Shown here in pieces: positions 9,284 to 19,563 of a DNA stretch of 64,000 bases. Under the pieces are notes generated by a model that had not been told where the DNA came from, made no database searches, and worked only from the letters and a program-made list of their open reading frames with translations. Origin of the DNA: Candidatus Uhrbacteria bacterium GW2011_GWC2_41_11 (GTDB lineage Bacteria > Patescibacteriota > Patescibacteriia > UBA9934 > GWF2-40-263); the NCBI GenBank assembly GCA_000996355.1, contig LCAH01000001.1:18482-82481 (forward strand), given 5' to 3'. Each line of letters begins with the position of its first letter. The first letter of the stretch is position 1. The position numbers and the translations under genes were made by a program.

Positions 9284-10819
9284 TTATCGTGCGTATTCCA
9301 CCACACGTGTTTCACGAATAAGAGTGATCTTTACTTCGCCTGGATATTGAAGTTCTCCCTCGATTTTGAGGGCAATGTCTTTTGCGAGTTTGTACGCAGT
9401 TAAATCATCAATTTTTTCCGGTTGAACAAAGACACGAACCTCACGACCCGCTTGAATGGCGTAGGCTTTTTCAACACCTTCAAAACTTATAGCTGTTTGT
9501 TCGAGTTCCTTCATGCGTCCCACAAATTGTTCCAAAGATTGTTTGCGTGCTCCTGGTCGTGCTCCACTAATAGCATCCGCAGCCTTTACAAGTGCTCCTT
9601 CGATCGTACGTGGACGATCTTCGTGATGGGCAATGGATTGGTAACAAATTTCTTCCGGGAGTCCAAATTTTTTCAGGATATTGTATCCGATTTCCGGGTG
9701 TGCTCCTTGCATATCATGGTCTACGGCCTTGCCAATATCATGAAAGAGTCCGCCTTTTTTGCACACAAAAACGTCTGCACCCAATTCTTCGCCCATAATG
9801 GCGGAAAGTTGGGCAACTTCAATGGAGTGCTGGAGGACGTTTTGACCGTAGCTTGTGCGATATTTAAGACGACCGAGAATCGAAACAAGTTTTGGATCAA
9901 TGGAAGAAACGGGAATACCCAGTGTATAAAGTGCTTCTTCTCCGCTTTTTTTGATGTCTGTTGCGAGCATTTTTTTTGCGTCGCTGATGGATTCCTCGAT
10001 GCGGGCTGGATGAATGCGACCGTCTTTAATGAGCATTTCAAGGGCTAATTTTGCCACCTGACGACGAATCGGAGAAAATCCGCTGATGGTGATAATCTCT
10101 GGAGTGTCATCTACAATAATTTCTGTGCCAGTGAGAAGCTCGATGGCTTTGATATTGCGTCCCTCTTTTCCAATAATACGTCCTTTCATCTCATCAGATG
10201 GAAGAGTGACTGCTGTTGTGGTTGTTTCAATGGCTTGTGAAGATGCGTAACGCGTGACTGCCAAGGATAAAAGTTTACGTGCCTGACGTTCCAATTCTTC
10301 TTCAGTCATTTGTTCGAGTTTACGAATTCGATTCAGCATGGCTTCCTGATGTGTTTCCTCGACAAGTTTTAAGAGACGTTCTTCAGCTTGCGTCTTGGTA
10401 AGATTGGAAATTTCTTGCAATTTTTCCACGGCCTGTTCTCGCAATTCTAAAACTTTTTTCTTTCCTTCTTCAACATGTTTAACTTTTTCTTCGAGTTTAT
10501 TTTTTTTATCTTCAAGTTCCAGGAGTTTTTGATCAAATAAAACTTCCCGTTTTTCTAGACGTTTTTGAGATTCTTGGAGATCTCGTTGTCGATTTGTCTC
10601 TTCTCGTTTCGCTTCCTCAATAATATTGATGGCTTTTTCTTTTGCTTCAATGAGAAGTTCTTGTTGTTTCGTCTTTGATTCCGCAATGAGTTTTTCTGCT
10701 TTTGTTTCGGCATTTCGCATGGTCTTCTGGGCAAGATAACGGCGCATGATATAGCCAATGCAAGCACCAGCAATGAGTCCGCATCCCAGGATAAAAATGG
10801 TAAATGGAAGGGATAACAT
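9284..10819 (-). CDS. rny: ribonuclease Y
   Basis: N-terminal TM helix, long coiled coil, KH domain 'GRIIGKEGRNIKAIE', HD domain 'HSIEVAQLSAIMGEELGADV..LFHDIGK'. Confidence 0.9.
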   Translation of the reverse strand: MLSLPFTIFILGCGLIAGACIGYIMRRYLAQKTMRNAETKAEKLIAESKTKQQELLIEAKEKAINIIEEAKREETNRQRDLQESQKRLEKREVLFDQKLLELEDKKNKLEEKVKHVEEGKKKVLELREQAVEKLQEISNLTKTQAEERLLKLVEETHQEAMLNRIRKLEQMTEEELERQARKLLSLAVTRYASSQAIETTTTAVTLPSDEMKGRIIGKEGRNIKAIELLTGTEIIVDDTPEIITISGFSPIRRQVAKLALEMLIKDGRIHPARIEESISDAKKMLATDIKKSGEEALYTLGIPVSSIDPKLVSILGRLKYRTSYGQNVLQHSIEVAQLSAIMGEELGADVFVCKKGGLFHDIGKAVDHDMQGAHPEIGYNILKKFGLPEEICYQSIAHHEDRPRTIEGALVKAADAISGARPGARKQSLEQFVGRMKELEQTAISFEGVEKAYAIQAGREVRVFVQPEKIDDLTAYKLAKDIALKIEGELQYPGEVKITLIRETRVVEYAR

Positions 10820-11106
10820 AAAAAAATCGGTTATCCGAGAAATAGGGAAATGGTCTTTTATTGTCGAAACCGGAAAAAGAACGTCTGAACTCGAAAAAGA
10901 ACTGATTTACAGTTCATGTACGAAGGAAAATCTACCAGAGAATGGAAAAAACATACAAAAACATTGGAAGTAATCGAGATAATATCAGACGAACCGGGTC
11001 CACAAGAGAAAACTCATTCAGCCATTTCTTTTATTGGAAAACATGATCAAAAGTTACATCTTTAGTTTGCCAGAAAATATCTGTTTTCGCAAGCCATCCA
11101 TAGCAG

Positions 11107-11829
11107 TTAGAGATGGGAGACAGGAAGACGAGAAAGAATATTTTCTTCTGACAAAAGATGAGATTTCCATTCTGTTTGAAGGGATTCCAGAGAAATTGCT
11201 TCAGAAACACCAAATGGTCCAATAGAAATTCTTCGTAATTCTTCCACATATCCTCCACATTTCAGAATAGTTCCTATATCTCTAGCTAAGGCACGAATAT
11301 AGGTACCGGATGAACAGTGGATAGAACTTTCAAAGTGATGAACATTGAGGTTTGCATCTGATTCGCAAGAAAGAATATCCCACTCAAAAATGGAAACTTT
11401 ACGCGGTGCAGCTTGGATCGGATGACCGGCTCGTGCAGCGCGATACAATGTTTGACCCTGAACTTTGATTGCAGAATAAATGGGAGGAATTTGTTCAATG
11501 GTTCCTTTGAATGTATGAACAGTTTGAGCAATAGTTGCTTCATCTGGAAGTGGCTTCGATGTTTGGGTGATTGTTCCGGTCCGGTCATCTGTGTCACTTT
11601 GTGCACCGAATACGATAGTTGTTTCGTAGATTTTATCTAAACCAACCAACAAAGAAAGACGTTTTGTCGTTGTCCCAATTCCAAGAATAAGAAGACCGCT
11701 TGCAAATGGATCAAGGGTGCCTGCATGTCCAATGCGACGAATCCCAATAACACGACGCGCATGATCAACGATGTCATGAGAGGTGGGCCCTGGTGGTTTG
11801 TCAATGAGGAGAAATCCAGACGGGGACAT
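11107..11829 (-). CDS. truB: tRNA pseudouridine(55) synthase
   Basis: 'LLIDKPPGPTSHDIVDHARRVIGIRRIGHAGTLDPFASGLLILGIG' TruB catalytic motif. Confidence 0.9.
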   Translation of the reverse strand: MSPSGFLLIDKPPGPTSHDIVDHARRVIGIRRIGHAGTLDPFASGLLILGIGTTTKRLSLLVGLDKIYETTIVFGAQSDTDDRTGTITQTSKPLPDEATIAQTVHTFKGTIEQIPPIYSAIKVQGQTLYRAARAGHPIQAAPRKVSIFEWDILSCESDANLNVHHFESSIHCSSGTYIRALARDIGTILKCGGYVEELRRISIGPFGVSEAISLESLQTEWKSHLLSEENILSRLPVSHL

Positions 11830-11914
11830 AGAAAAGATGCGTTGTGAATTTATAGTTGTTTGATATAATTTAAAGAGATTTTTTCTTTCAGATTTGTCAT
11901 AAAAGGTTTTTTAC

Positions 11915-13606
11915 ATGGCTTTGCAAACAATACAATATCGAAGATTATTCGTCGATTCCGGATTTGTTTCTTCAGAAATATTCGATCGAATCATGAACGA
12001 GGCAATCAGAACAGTTCGACCTCCAGAAGCTGGTTTTGTTGAGGCTGGTATTTTTAAAGATGAAGAAATAGGTAAACTTATCGCAGATGCATATGGAATA
12101 AATTTTATTCATCTGAGTCAAACACCTATTGATCCGGAAGCAGTAAAAATGATTCCGGAAGCATTTGCCAGGAAAGAAAATGTTTTGGCTTACGGATGGA
12201 TCGATGGAATATGTCAGGTGGCAATGGTGGACCCGGAAAATAAAGAGGTACGAGATTTTTTAGAGAAAAAGCTTGGAGAGCCAATAATGGTCACTTATAC
12301 AACTCCAGGTTTTTTAGAAGAAGCATTTGCAGAATACAGTTCCCAAATATTTGATGAAATTTCTCAACTGATAGAGCAATATGGACGTTCATTTACTGAG
12401 CAAGGAGCACAAGCTCATATCGAACGTGAAAGTATTATTATCCCGCTTGTTGATCTGCTTTTGAGGTATGGGTGTGATAATCATGCCTCAGACATTCATA
12501 TTGAACCTCATGAGGCGTTTACACTTGTTTGTTATCGCGTGGATGGAATTTTATATGATCTTTTTCGGTTTCCGAAATCTCTTCATGAAGCTGTTGTTTC
12601 ACGTATAAAGATTTTGGCTGTCTTGCGCACAGATGAACACTTCACAGCTCAAGATGGCAAATTGTGCATTCGTTTACAAAATAAAAAAGATATAGATGTG
12701 CATGTTTCGATTGTTCCGATTCTTGAGGGAGAAAAGGTTGTTTTACGACTTTTTATGGAACGCGGGCGCGGACTTTATCTTGATATTTTGGGATTGGATC
12801 TGTCTGAAGTTGAAAAATTGAAAATAGCTGCGCAGCAACCATATGGAATGATCTTAACAACCGGTCCCACTGGTTCGGGAAAAACAACGATGATGTATGC
12901 TCTGCTTCAGATTTTAAACCAACGCGGTGTAAATATTGCGACCATTGAGGATCCTGTTGAATATGATGTAGAGGGAATCAGCCAGATTCAGGTCAATCCC
13001 AGAACCAAACTCACGTTTGCGACAGGTCTTCGGTCGATTGTTCGTCAAGATCCGGACATTATTTTTGTGGGGGAAGTCCGTGACGAAGAAACAGCAACCA
13101 TTGCGGTCAATGCTGCTATGACCGGTCATCTTGTTTTATCCACGCTTCATACCAATGATGCTGCGACCACATTGCCAAGACTTTTGGAAATGAAGGTGGA
13201 GCCATTTTTGATTGCCTCGACCATTAATGTCATTGTTGCCCAACGATTAGTGCGTCGTATTTGCAGACATTGTATTCACAGTGTGAATTCGGATTTGATA
13301 CGGTTACAAAGAATTGTTCAACCGACGTTGTTTCAAAAGTATTTTGGACAAAAAACGTATTTTCGTGTTTTTGCAGGCAAAGGATGTCGAGTTTGTCACA
13401 ATTCAGGATATATGGGTCGCATCGGAATCTTTGAAATACTTCAGATGACACCAAGAATTCGGGAATATATTATGCGTCGGGCAAATGCAGCGGAAATCCA
13501 ACAGGCTGCGGTTGAAGAAGGAATGACAACGATGATGGAAGATGGTATTCGTAAAATATTACAAGGGATCACAAGTGTGGAAGAAGTGTTGCGGGTTGTG
13601 TGTTAG
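11915..13606 (+). CDS. pilB: type IV pilus assembly / type II secretion ATPase (PilB/GspE family)
   Basis: N-terminal T2SSE_N-like domain, Walker A 'GPTGSGKTT', 'EDPVEY', Asp/His boxes, C-terminal tetra-Cys motif. Confidence 0.85.
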   Translation: MALQTIQYRRLFVDSGFVSSEIFDRIMNEAIRTVRPPEAGFVEAGIFKDEEIGKLIADAYGINFIHLSQTPIDPEAVKMIPEAFARKENVLAYGWIDGICQVAMVDPENKEVRDFLEKKLGEPIMVTYTTPGFLEEAFAEYSSQIFDEISQLIEQYGRSFTEQGAQAHIERESIIIPLVDLLLRYGCDNHASDIHIEPHEAFTLVCYRVDGILYDLFRFPKSLHEAVVSRIKILAVLRTDEHFTAQDGKLCIRLQNKKDIDVHVSIVPILEGEKVVLRLFMERGRGLYLDILGLDLSEVEKLKIAAQQPYGMILTTGPTGSGKTTMMYALLQILNQRGVNIATIEDPVEYDVEGISQIQVNPRTKLTFATGLRSIVRQDPDIIFVGEVRDEETATIAVNAAMTGHLVLSTLHTNDAATTLPRLLEMKVEPFLIASTINVIVAQRLVRRICRHCIHSVNSDLIRLQRIVQPTLFQKYFGQKTYFRVFAGKGCRVCHNSGYMGRIGIFEILQMTPRIREYIMRRANAAEIQQAAVEEGMTTMMEDGIRKILQGITSVEEVLRVVC

Positions 13607-13714
13607 AGTCAAGAAATATAAAGTTTCTTTTTTCTCCTGTTCAAAAAAATGGTCGGCGACAACGGAGAGTTATGGTTGTAAAAAGGAGGGGAAACCAGGT
13701 TTTATTATCTATCG

Positions 13715-13743
13715 TTGACGAGTGAGTGTAACCACGTTATGAT
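13715..13743 (+). promoter_or_regulatory. sigma70-like promoter TTGACG-17-TATGAT upstream of infB
   Basis: -35 at 13715-13720, 17 nt spacer, -10 at 13738-13743. Same hexamers as the rpmF promoter. Confidence 0.45.
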
Positions 13744-13765
13744 AGCCAACACTTAAGGTATTTTC

Positions 13766-15799
13766 ATGAATATTTCTGAACTTGCACGCCGTTTAAACGT
13801 TCTTCCAGAAGAGTTGCGGGAAAAAATTCCTTCGCTCGGTTTTAGTATTGGAAAACGTGCGATTAAAGTGGATGATCGTGTCGCTCATCAAATCATGGAA
13901 GCTTGGGCGGAAATGCGTCGTCGTCAGCGTTTGCAACAAAAAATGGATCAGCAAAAAAGTCAGACAGAGGCTCATGAACAACATCAGGTGCCTGTGGAAC
14001 GCAAGGAAGTTGCGATCCCCGCTGTTTTAACCGTACGTGAATTTGCAACGAAACTTCAGGTTCCTGTGGCACGTTTGATGCAGGAACTCATGAAAAATGG
14101 AATTTTTGCTTCATTGAATGAACGGATCGATTTTGAAACCGCGTCTATTGTTGCTGAGGATATTGGATTTCAAGCTGTTGCAGAAGATCAGAAACCTGTA
14201 GAAGAGGAGGATCAATCTGCACATCATTTGGCTGAAGTTTTACAAAAAGAAGACACGTCCGTTCTTGTACCGCGTCCGCCTGTCGTTGTCGTCATGGGAC
14301 ACGTTGACCATGGGAAAACGAAATTATTGGATGCAATTCGAACCACAAATGTGATTGATACAGAAGCAGGTGGCATTACTCAACACATGGGAGCTTATCA
14401 AGTAGAGCGAAAAGGAAGACTTCTTACTTTTATTGATACGCCAGGTCATGAGGCTTTTACGGTTATGCGTTCTCGTGGAGCAAAAGTCGCAGATCTCGCT
14501 ATTTTGGTTGTGGCAGCGGATGATGGTGTACAACCTCAAACAAAAGAATCAGTAAACATCATTCAATCAAGTCATCTCCCTTTTGTTGTTGCTTTGAACA
14601 AAATTGATCGACCAGAAGCAAATATTGATCGAGTAAAAGGTCAGTTATCTGAGGTAAATATTGTTCCGGAAGATTGGGGGGGAAAAACAGTGGTTGTTCC
14701 TATTTCTGCGAAAGTCGGAACAGGAATTGATGAATTATTGGATATGTTGTTGCTTGTGGCTGATATACATAAGGATGTTATTCGAAGTAATCCTCGCCGA
14801 CCTGCTATTGGTACGATTATTGAATCTCATGTTGATCCAGGTGAAGGACCGGTGGCAACAATGCTTGTACAAAGCGGGACATTGCGAATGGGAGATGTGT
14901 TGGGTGTGCGTGGTTCTTTATATGGTCGAGTGCGCGCCATGAGAGCATGGAATGGAGAAACAGTATTGGAAGCCGGACCTTCCATGCCAGTGAAAATTAT
15001 TGGATTGAAATATGCTCCAGCAGTTGGAGATGTTTTGGAAGTTCCAGAAGATGCAACAGAACTCAAAAAATTGAAAATGACAAAGCCGGTTCGTGCGGTT
15101 GAGGAAGTGGCATCTTTGAAACATATCGCACCTAAAGAGGGCGAAGAAGGAGAAAAGAAGAAATTTGTTCTTCCTCTCATTATTCGATCTGATGTTCTCG
15201 GGTCTCTGGAAGCAATTCTTGGAATGCTCGACACATTACAGCATGAAGAAGTTGGAGTGGAAGTCGTTGGAAAAGGTCTTGGAAATATTACAGATGCAGA
15301 TGTCATGAATGCAGAAACAGCCAAGGCATTTATTCTTGGGTTTAATGTTCGTCCAACAACGACAGCAGAAGAGCTTGCTCGGGAAAAAGATGTCTCTATT
15401 CGATCATATTCCATCATTTATAAACTTTTTGAGGATATTTTGGCTGAGTTGCAAAAGATGCTTCCATCGGAAACCTTTTTTACCGAACTTGGTCGCGTAG
15501 AAGTGCTTGCGAATTTCCGTAAAATGGAAGATGGATGGATTGTAGGAGTAAAGGTTCGAGATGGAAAAGTAAAACCAAAAACAAAATTGCGTATTTTGCG
15601 TGGAACGGAAATTATTGGAGAAGGAGAAATTTCTACGGTTCAGATTGGACGATCCGAAGCAAAAGACGCAAAAGCAGGACAAGAATGCGGTCTTCGATAC
15701 AAGAGTCGTACCAAAGCTGAACCGGGAGATATTTTTGAAGTATATATTGAAGAAACAAAAGGACGTCTTTTGGAAATTAAAGGTGTTCGAATGCGATAA
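13766..15799 (+). CDS. infB: translation initiation factor IF-2
   Basis: G domain 'VVVVMGHVDHGKTKLLDAIR', 'DTPGHEAF', 'NKID', and C-terminal beta-barrel domains. Confidence 0.95.
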   Translation: MNISELARRLNVLPEELREKIPSLGFSIGKRAIKVDDRVAHQIMEAWAEMRRRQRLQQKMDQQKSQTEAHEQHQVPVERKEVAIPAVLTVREFATKLQVPVARLMQELMKNGIFASLNERIDFETASIVAEDIGFQAVAEDQKPVEEEDQSAHHLAEVLQKEDTSVLVPRPPVVVVMGHVDHGKTKLLDAIRTTNVIDTEAGGITQHMGAYQVERKGRLLTFIDTPGHEAFTVMRSRGAKVADLAILVVAADDGVQPQTKESVNIIQSSHLPFVVALNKIDRPEANIDRVKGQLSEVNIVPEDWGGKTVVVPISAKVGTGIDELLDMLLLVADIHKDVIRSNPRRPAIGTIIESHVDPGEGPVATMLVQSGTLRMGDVLGVRGSLYGRVRAMRAWNGETVLEAGPSMPVKIIGLKYAPAVGDVLEVPEDATELKKLKMTKPVRAVEEVASLKHIAPKEGEEGEKKKFVLPLIIRSDVLGSLEAILGMLDTLQHEEVGVEVVGKGLGNITDADVMNAETAKAFILGFNVRPTTTAEELAREKDVSIRSYSIIYKLFEDILAELQKMLPSETFFTELGRVEVLANFRKMEDGWIVGVKVRDGKVKPKTKLRILRGTEIIGEGEISTVQIGRSEAKDAKAGQECGLRYKSRTKAEPGDIFEVYIEETKGRLLEIKGVRMR

Positions 15800-15833
15800 A
15801 AATGTTCTTTGTTTATTTTTTCTTTTTTGAGAT

Positions 15834-16154
15834 ATGTCAGAACTTACATTAACGACTGACAATTTTGATTTTCATGTGCTTCAAGCAGATCGACCAGTCC
15901 TTGTGGATTTTTGGGCTCCTTGGTGTGGGCCATGCAAGATGATGGGTCCGATTGTCGAAGCATTAGCTCATGAGATGGAAAATGTGGTGATCGGAAAAGT
16001 GAACGTGGATGATGCGCCCGAGATTGCTCAGCGTTACAATATTCTTTCCATTCCCACTTTCATTATTTTTAAAGGCGGTCAGGTGATCGACCAGTTTTCT
16101 GGTTCCATGACAAAAGAAACATTGCGTGTGCGTTTGGAACATCATGTAAAATAG
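15834..16154 (+). CDS. trxA: thioredoxin
   Basis: 'WAPWCGPCKM' active site; 106 aa. Confidence 0.9.
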   Translation: MSELTLTTDNFDFHVLQADRPVLVDFWAPWCGPCKMMGPIVEALAHEMENVVIGKVNVDDAPEIAQRYNILSIPTFIIFKGGQVIDQFSGSMTKETLRVRLEHHVK

Positions 16155-16161
16155 AATTTGT

Positions 16162-17085
16162 GTGGCAAAAGAAAAACTCATTATTATTGGTTCAGGACCG
16201 GCTGGACTGACGGCTGCATTGTATGCAGCACGGGCAGAATTGCAGCCAATATTATTTGAAGGACAGCAAGCCGGGGGGCAATTGACCATGACAACAGAGG
16301 TAGAAAATTTTCCCGGATTTCCTTCTGGAATTTTGGGGACAGATTTGATGAGTCTTTTTAAAAAACAAGCAGAACGATTTGGAACGCGAGTGATGAGTGA
16401 AACAGTTGTGGATGTTGATTTTTCTGTCCCCATCTTTTCGGTGAAAACAGATAAGGAAACGTATCAAGCAGAAACGGTTCTTATTGCAACTGGAGCATCT
16501 GCGATGTGGCTCGGAATTCCCGGAGAACAGGAATATCAAGGTCGTGGTGTTTCTGCTTGTGCAACGTGTGACGGATTCTTTTTTCGTGGAAAAGAAATTG
16601 TGGTGAGTGGCGGAGGAGACGCTGCTATGGAAGAAGCATTATTTCTCAGTCGATTTGTAGATAAAATTACCGTTGTTGTGCGTCGTGATGAACTGCGTGC
16701 TTCGAAGATCATGCAGGAGCGCGTGAAAAAAAATTCAAAAGTGTCTTTTTTGTGGAATACGGAAATTCGCGAAGTACTTGGGGATGGACAAAAACTTACA
16801 TCGCTCCGTCTTTGGAATAATAAAACAGAAGAAGAATCCATTTTTTTAACAAATGGTCTTTTTGTTGCTATTGGACATAAACCAAATACATCTCTTTTTG
16901 AAAAATGGATCGCACTGGATGAAAAAGGATATATTCGTTGTGAAGAAGGTTCGACTCGTACAAACATAGAAGGTATTTTTGCGGCTGGGGATGTTGCGGA
17001 TCACGTCTATCGTCAGGCAATTACCGCTGCAGGAACAGGATGTATGGCTGCGATTGACATAGAACGTTGGCTTGGATCTAGATAA
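16162..17085 (+). CDS. trxB: thioredoxin-disulfide reductase (GTG start)
   Basis: 'IIGSGPAGLTAALYAAR' FAD site, redox 'CATCDG', NADPH-binding 'VVSGGGDAAMEEA'. Confidence 0.9.
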   Translation: MAKEKLIIIGSGPAGLTAALYAARAELQPILFEGQQAGGQLTMTTEVENFPGFPSGILGTDLMSLFKKQAERFGTRVMSETVVDVDFSVPIFSVKTDKETYQAETVLIATGASAMWLGIPGEQEYQGRGVSACATCDGFFFRGKEIVVSGGGDAAMEEALFLSRFVDKITVVVRRDELRASKIMQERVKKNSKVSFLWNTEIREVLGDGQKLTSLRLWNNKTEEESIFLTNGLFVAIGHKPNTSLFEKWIALDEKGYIRCEEGSTRTNIEGIFAAGDVADHVYRQAITAAGTGCMAAIDIERWLGSR

Positions 17086-17238
17086 TTTGACAGAATGTCC
17101 GGAGCGTTTTATGGTTAAAGAAGAGAATAAATATGAATTCATCGAAATATTCCGCATCATTGAAACACTCCCATATGTGGACCACGGCAAGAAGCGGTGT
17201 ATTTTTTGATTGATGATTGAAAAGATATTCAAAAATAA

Positions 17239-17267
17239 ACCACCGCTTTCCTGCGGTGGTTTTTTGT
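17239..17267 (+). terminator. rho-independent terminator (ACCACCGC/GCGGTGGT plus T-run) after trxB
   Basis: Perfect 8 bp stem with a 6 nt loop and TTTTTTGTTTG. Confidence 0.6.
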
Positions 17268-17339
17268 TTGTATGCGGATGTGGTTGTTTGTCTTAATCAT
17301 GAGAGAAACAACCTTCCCGAATAGAAACGGAGGTATAAC

Positions 17340-18524
17340 ATGTCCTTTGAAATCGAAATTCAAGATACATTTTCTTTGAATGATGTTTTGCATCTTGTTC
17401 GTACGATGTCGCCGGACACTGTATGTAAGACACCTCATGTTGGAAATCATTATCTCAATAATTTAGCCATGGGATTTTTGGGGATTCCTATGCGGCTCGT
17501 GGATACGAATGTGGGAAAAAAGGATGTAAATTTTCATCCCCATTGTTTGATCGTAGATGGTCGGCGTGAAATTATGGGAGATCCGAATCTTCTTATGCCG
17601 CAGAATTGTGTATGCTGCAAACCGAATCAGTTTAGTGAACGTTTTCCTTTAGGAGGTTTGATTCAAGATGGGCACATCTCTTCTCTTCAGGAGGTGTTTC
17701 CAAAAACATCTATTCAAGGGAATCTTGCATTTCTTCGGAAACATGCAGAGGTTTCAGAAATGACCTGTCTTTTGTTTGCAGAGCTATTTCCATTTCTTTG
17801 GAAACGTTCTGTGAATGAGTTTGGTTCAACGTCCGTTGATCTTCCGTTTTTGGGAGCATCTTCTCTTAAACATCTGGGGATTATGGGACTGACGAACCTC
17901 AAAAAAGGATGGATTATCCCGAATCAAATTGGCATCTTTTTGGATGTATTGATTCCGGCATTAAAGGGTGATTTTGTCGTATATCAACTATCTGGTCCAG
18001 ATATGTATCGATATATCTCCGGATATCTTACCGTGTTTCAAGAGATGTATGAGGCTGTTCGAGTGTCTTTGTACTCACAACTTCCGGAAACGGTTCGATT
18101 TGTTTGTATACCTGTTGCGGATATGCGGTTCGTCGTGCAAAAGGAGCGAAGGATGTTTTTGGATGAATTGATCGAGGCAGTCTGTGCATACGAGTTTTTC
18201 GAACAAGAAAAATCTATGGTTTTTGTTCGAGGGTCGTCTGAAGATAAAGAAAAACAGATTGCAACATTTCGTGAAAGAGGTCGTGTACATACAGAACATC
18301 TTTATCGTGCGATAGGTGCATTGCCAGAGATTTTTTATGAGATCTCGGATGGAACCTACTTGTCTCAATACGATCTGCTTTTGAATAAGGAACAAGGAAC
18401 TCCAACAGATGAACTTCTTTATATTCATCCATGGGCATTGGAAACACCTCTTTGTGACGTTTCCCGTATTTACAAACGTCTTCTGAAATTGTATGAGCGG
18501 CAGAATCGTAAACAGCGATCGTAA
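17340..18524 (+). CDS. hypothetical protein (394 aa)
   Basis: Long ORF with an RBS (GGAGGT 8 nt upstream) and its own terminator at ~18533-18566. No recognisable motif. Confidence 0.5.
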   Translation: MSFEIEIQDTFSLNDVLHLVRTMSPDTVCKTPHVGNHYLNNLAMGFLGIPMRLVDTNVGKKDVNFHPHCLIVDGRREIMGDPNLLMPQNCVCCKPNQFSERFPLGGLIQDGHISSLQEVFPKTSIQGNLAFLRKHAEVSEMTCLLFAELFPFLWKRSVNEFGSTSVDLPFLGASSLKHLGIMGLTNLKKGWIIPNQIGIFLDVLIPALKGDFVVYQLSGPDMYRYISGYLTVFQEMYEAVRVSLYSQLPETVRFVCIPVADMRFVVQKERRMFLDELIEAVCAYEFFEQEKSMVFVRGSSEDKEKQIATFRERGRVHTEHLYRAIGALPEIFYEISDGTYLSQYDLLLNKEQGTPTDELLYIHPWALETPLCDVSRIYKRLLKLYERQNRKQRS

Positions 18525-18603
18525 ATCGTGTGGCATCCGATCACGACATTGGTCGGGTGCTTTTTTCTTTTTTCTATTCTTTAAAACCTAACATCTGACA
18601 TCT

Positions 18604-19563
18604 ATGTCTTCTTTTTCTCTGATTGATCTCCATCAAGATCTTCTTTTACACATCAAACATCGTGAATTTTATCCACAAGAACATTGGCAAACAAATTTTG
18701 AAAAATTGATTCGTGCGCACGTTCGACTTGTAACAGCAACTGCTTTTCCGGTTCCGCCAAAAGAAAATTATTTTGACTCTGTCACCAATGAATTGATTGA
18801 ATCAGATTTGAAAGAATACAACACATATTGTATTCAAGATCCGCGTTTTTTTATTGTGCGTGGGTGTGAAGATGTAACAAAAGCTGTTCAGAATGCTGAA
18901 TCAAAAGATGTGTGCGGTATTCTTTTGCATGTGGAGGGATTAAATGTATTTGAAAATAATGATTGGACACGATTAGAACATTGGTATGATATAGGTTGGC
19001 GATCTTTGGGGATTGTCTGGAATCTTACGAATGGATTAGGAGGAGGAACAAAAGATCCAATCCAAGGATTGACTCGTCTTGGAGCTGAGGTAATTGAGTG
19101 GTGTCAACATAAGCGAATGATCATTGATTTTGCACATATGAACGAGCGAACTTTTTTTGATGTGATGAAAATTGTTCAAGGACCTATAATTGTGAGTCAT
19201 GGAAATGCATATACTCTTTGTTCAAATCAACGAAATTATACGGATGAACAGCTTCGTTGTGTGGCAGAGCGTGATGGGGTGGTTGGAATTTTTTTTGCGA
19301 AAACATTTTTAACAGGTGAACAGATAGCGACAGTTACGGATGTTGCAAATCATATGGATCATTTTCGGAAAGTGATGGGGATTGATCACATAGCGATTGG
19401 TTCAGATTTTGGTGGAATTATTACGGGGATGGTGAAAGGATTGGATGCCATTGATCGGATGCCTCTACTTTGGCAAGAATTAGAACAAAGAGGATATTCG
19501 TTTGAAATGATAGAAAAAATCGCCTGGAAAAATGCAGCCAGGGTCTTGCATGACATTTTATGA
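18604..19563 (+). CDS. membrane dipeptidase (peptidase M19 family)
   Basis: M19 metal-binding pattern: 'DLHQDLL', 'GWRSLGIVWN', 'IIVSHGNAY', 'IAIGSDFGG', C-terminal 'NAARVL'. Confidence 0.7.
   Translation: MSSFSLIDLHQDLLLHIKHREFYPQEHWQTNFEKLIRAHVRLVTATAFPVPPKENYFDSVTNELIESDLKEYNTYCIQDPRFFIVRGCEDVTKAVQNAESKDVCGILLHVEGLNVFENNDWTRLEHWYDIGWRSLGIVWNLTNGLGGGTKDPIQGLTRLGAEVIEWCQHKRMIIDFAHMNERTFFDVMKIVQGPIIVSHGNAYTLCSNQRNYTDEQLRCVAERDGVVGIFFAKTFLTGEQIATVTDVANHMDHFRKVMGIDHIAIGSDFGGIITGMVKGLDAIDRMPLLWQELEQRGYSFEMIEKIAWKNAARVLHDIL

Noticed and set aside
10820-11106. Possible small RNA in the ~290-nt gap between rny and truB
   Set aside because: No conserved structure, promoter/terminator pair or recognisable RNA-family motif was seen. 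It is probably the rny promoter/5' UTR region.
14827-15417. 196-aa antisense ORF inside infB, and similar antisense ORFs inside gyrA, rny, gyrB and recG
   Set aside because: They lie entirely within strongly supported genes on the opposite strand and have low-complexity Ser/Thr/Pro-rich translations typical of antisense frames.
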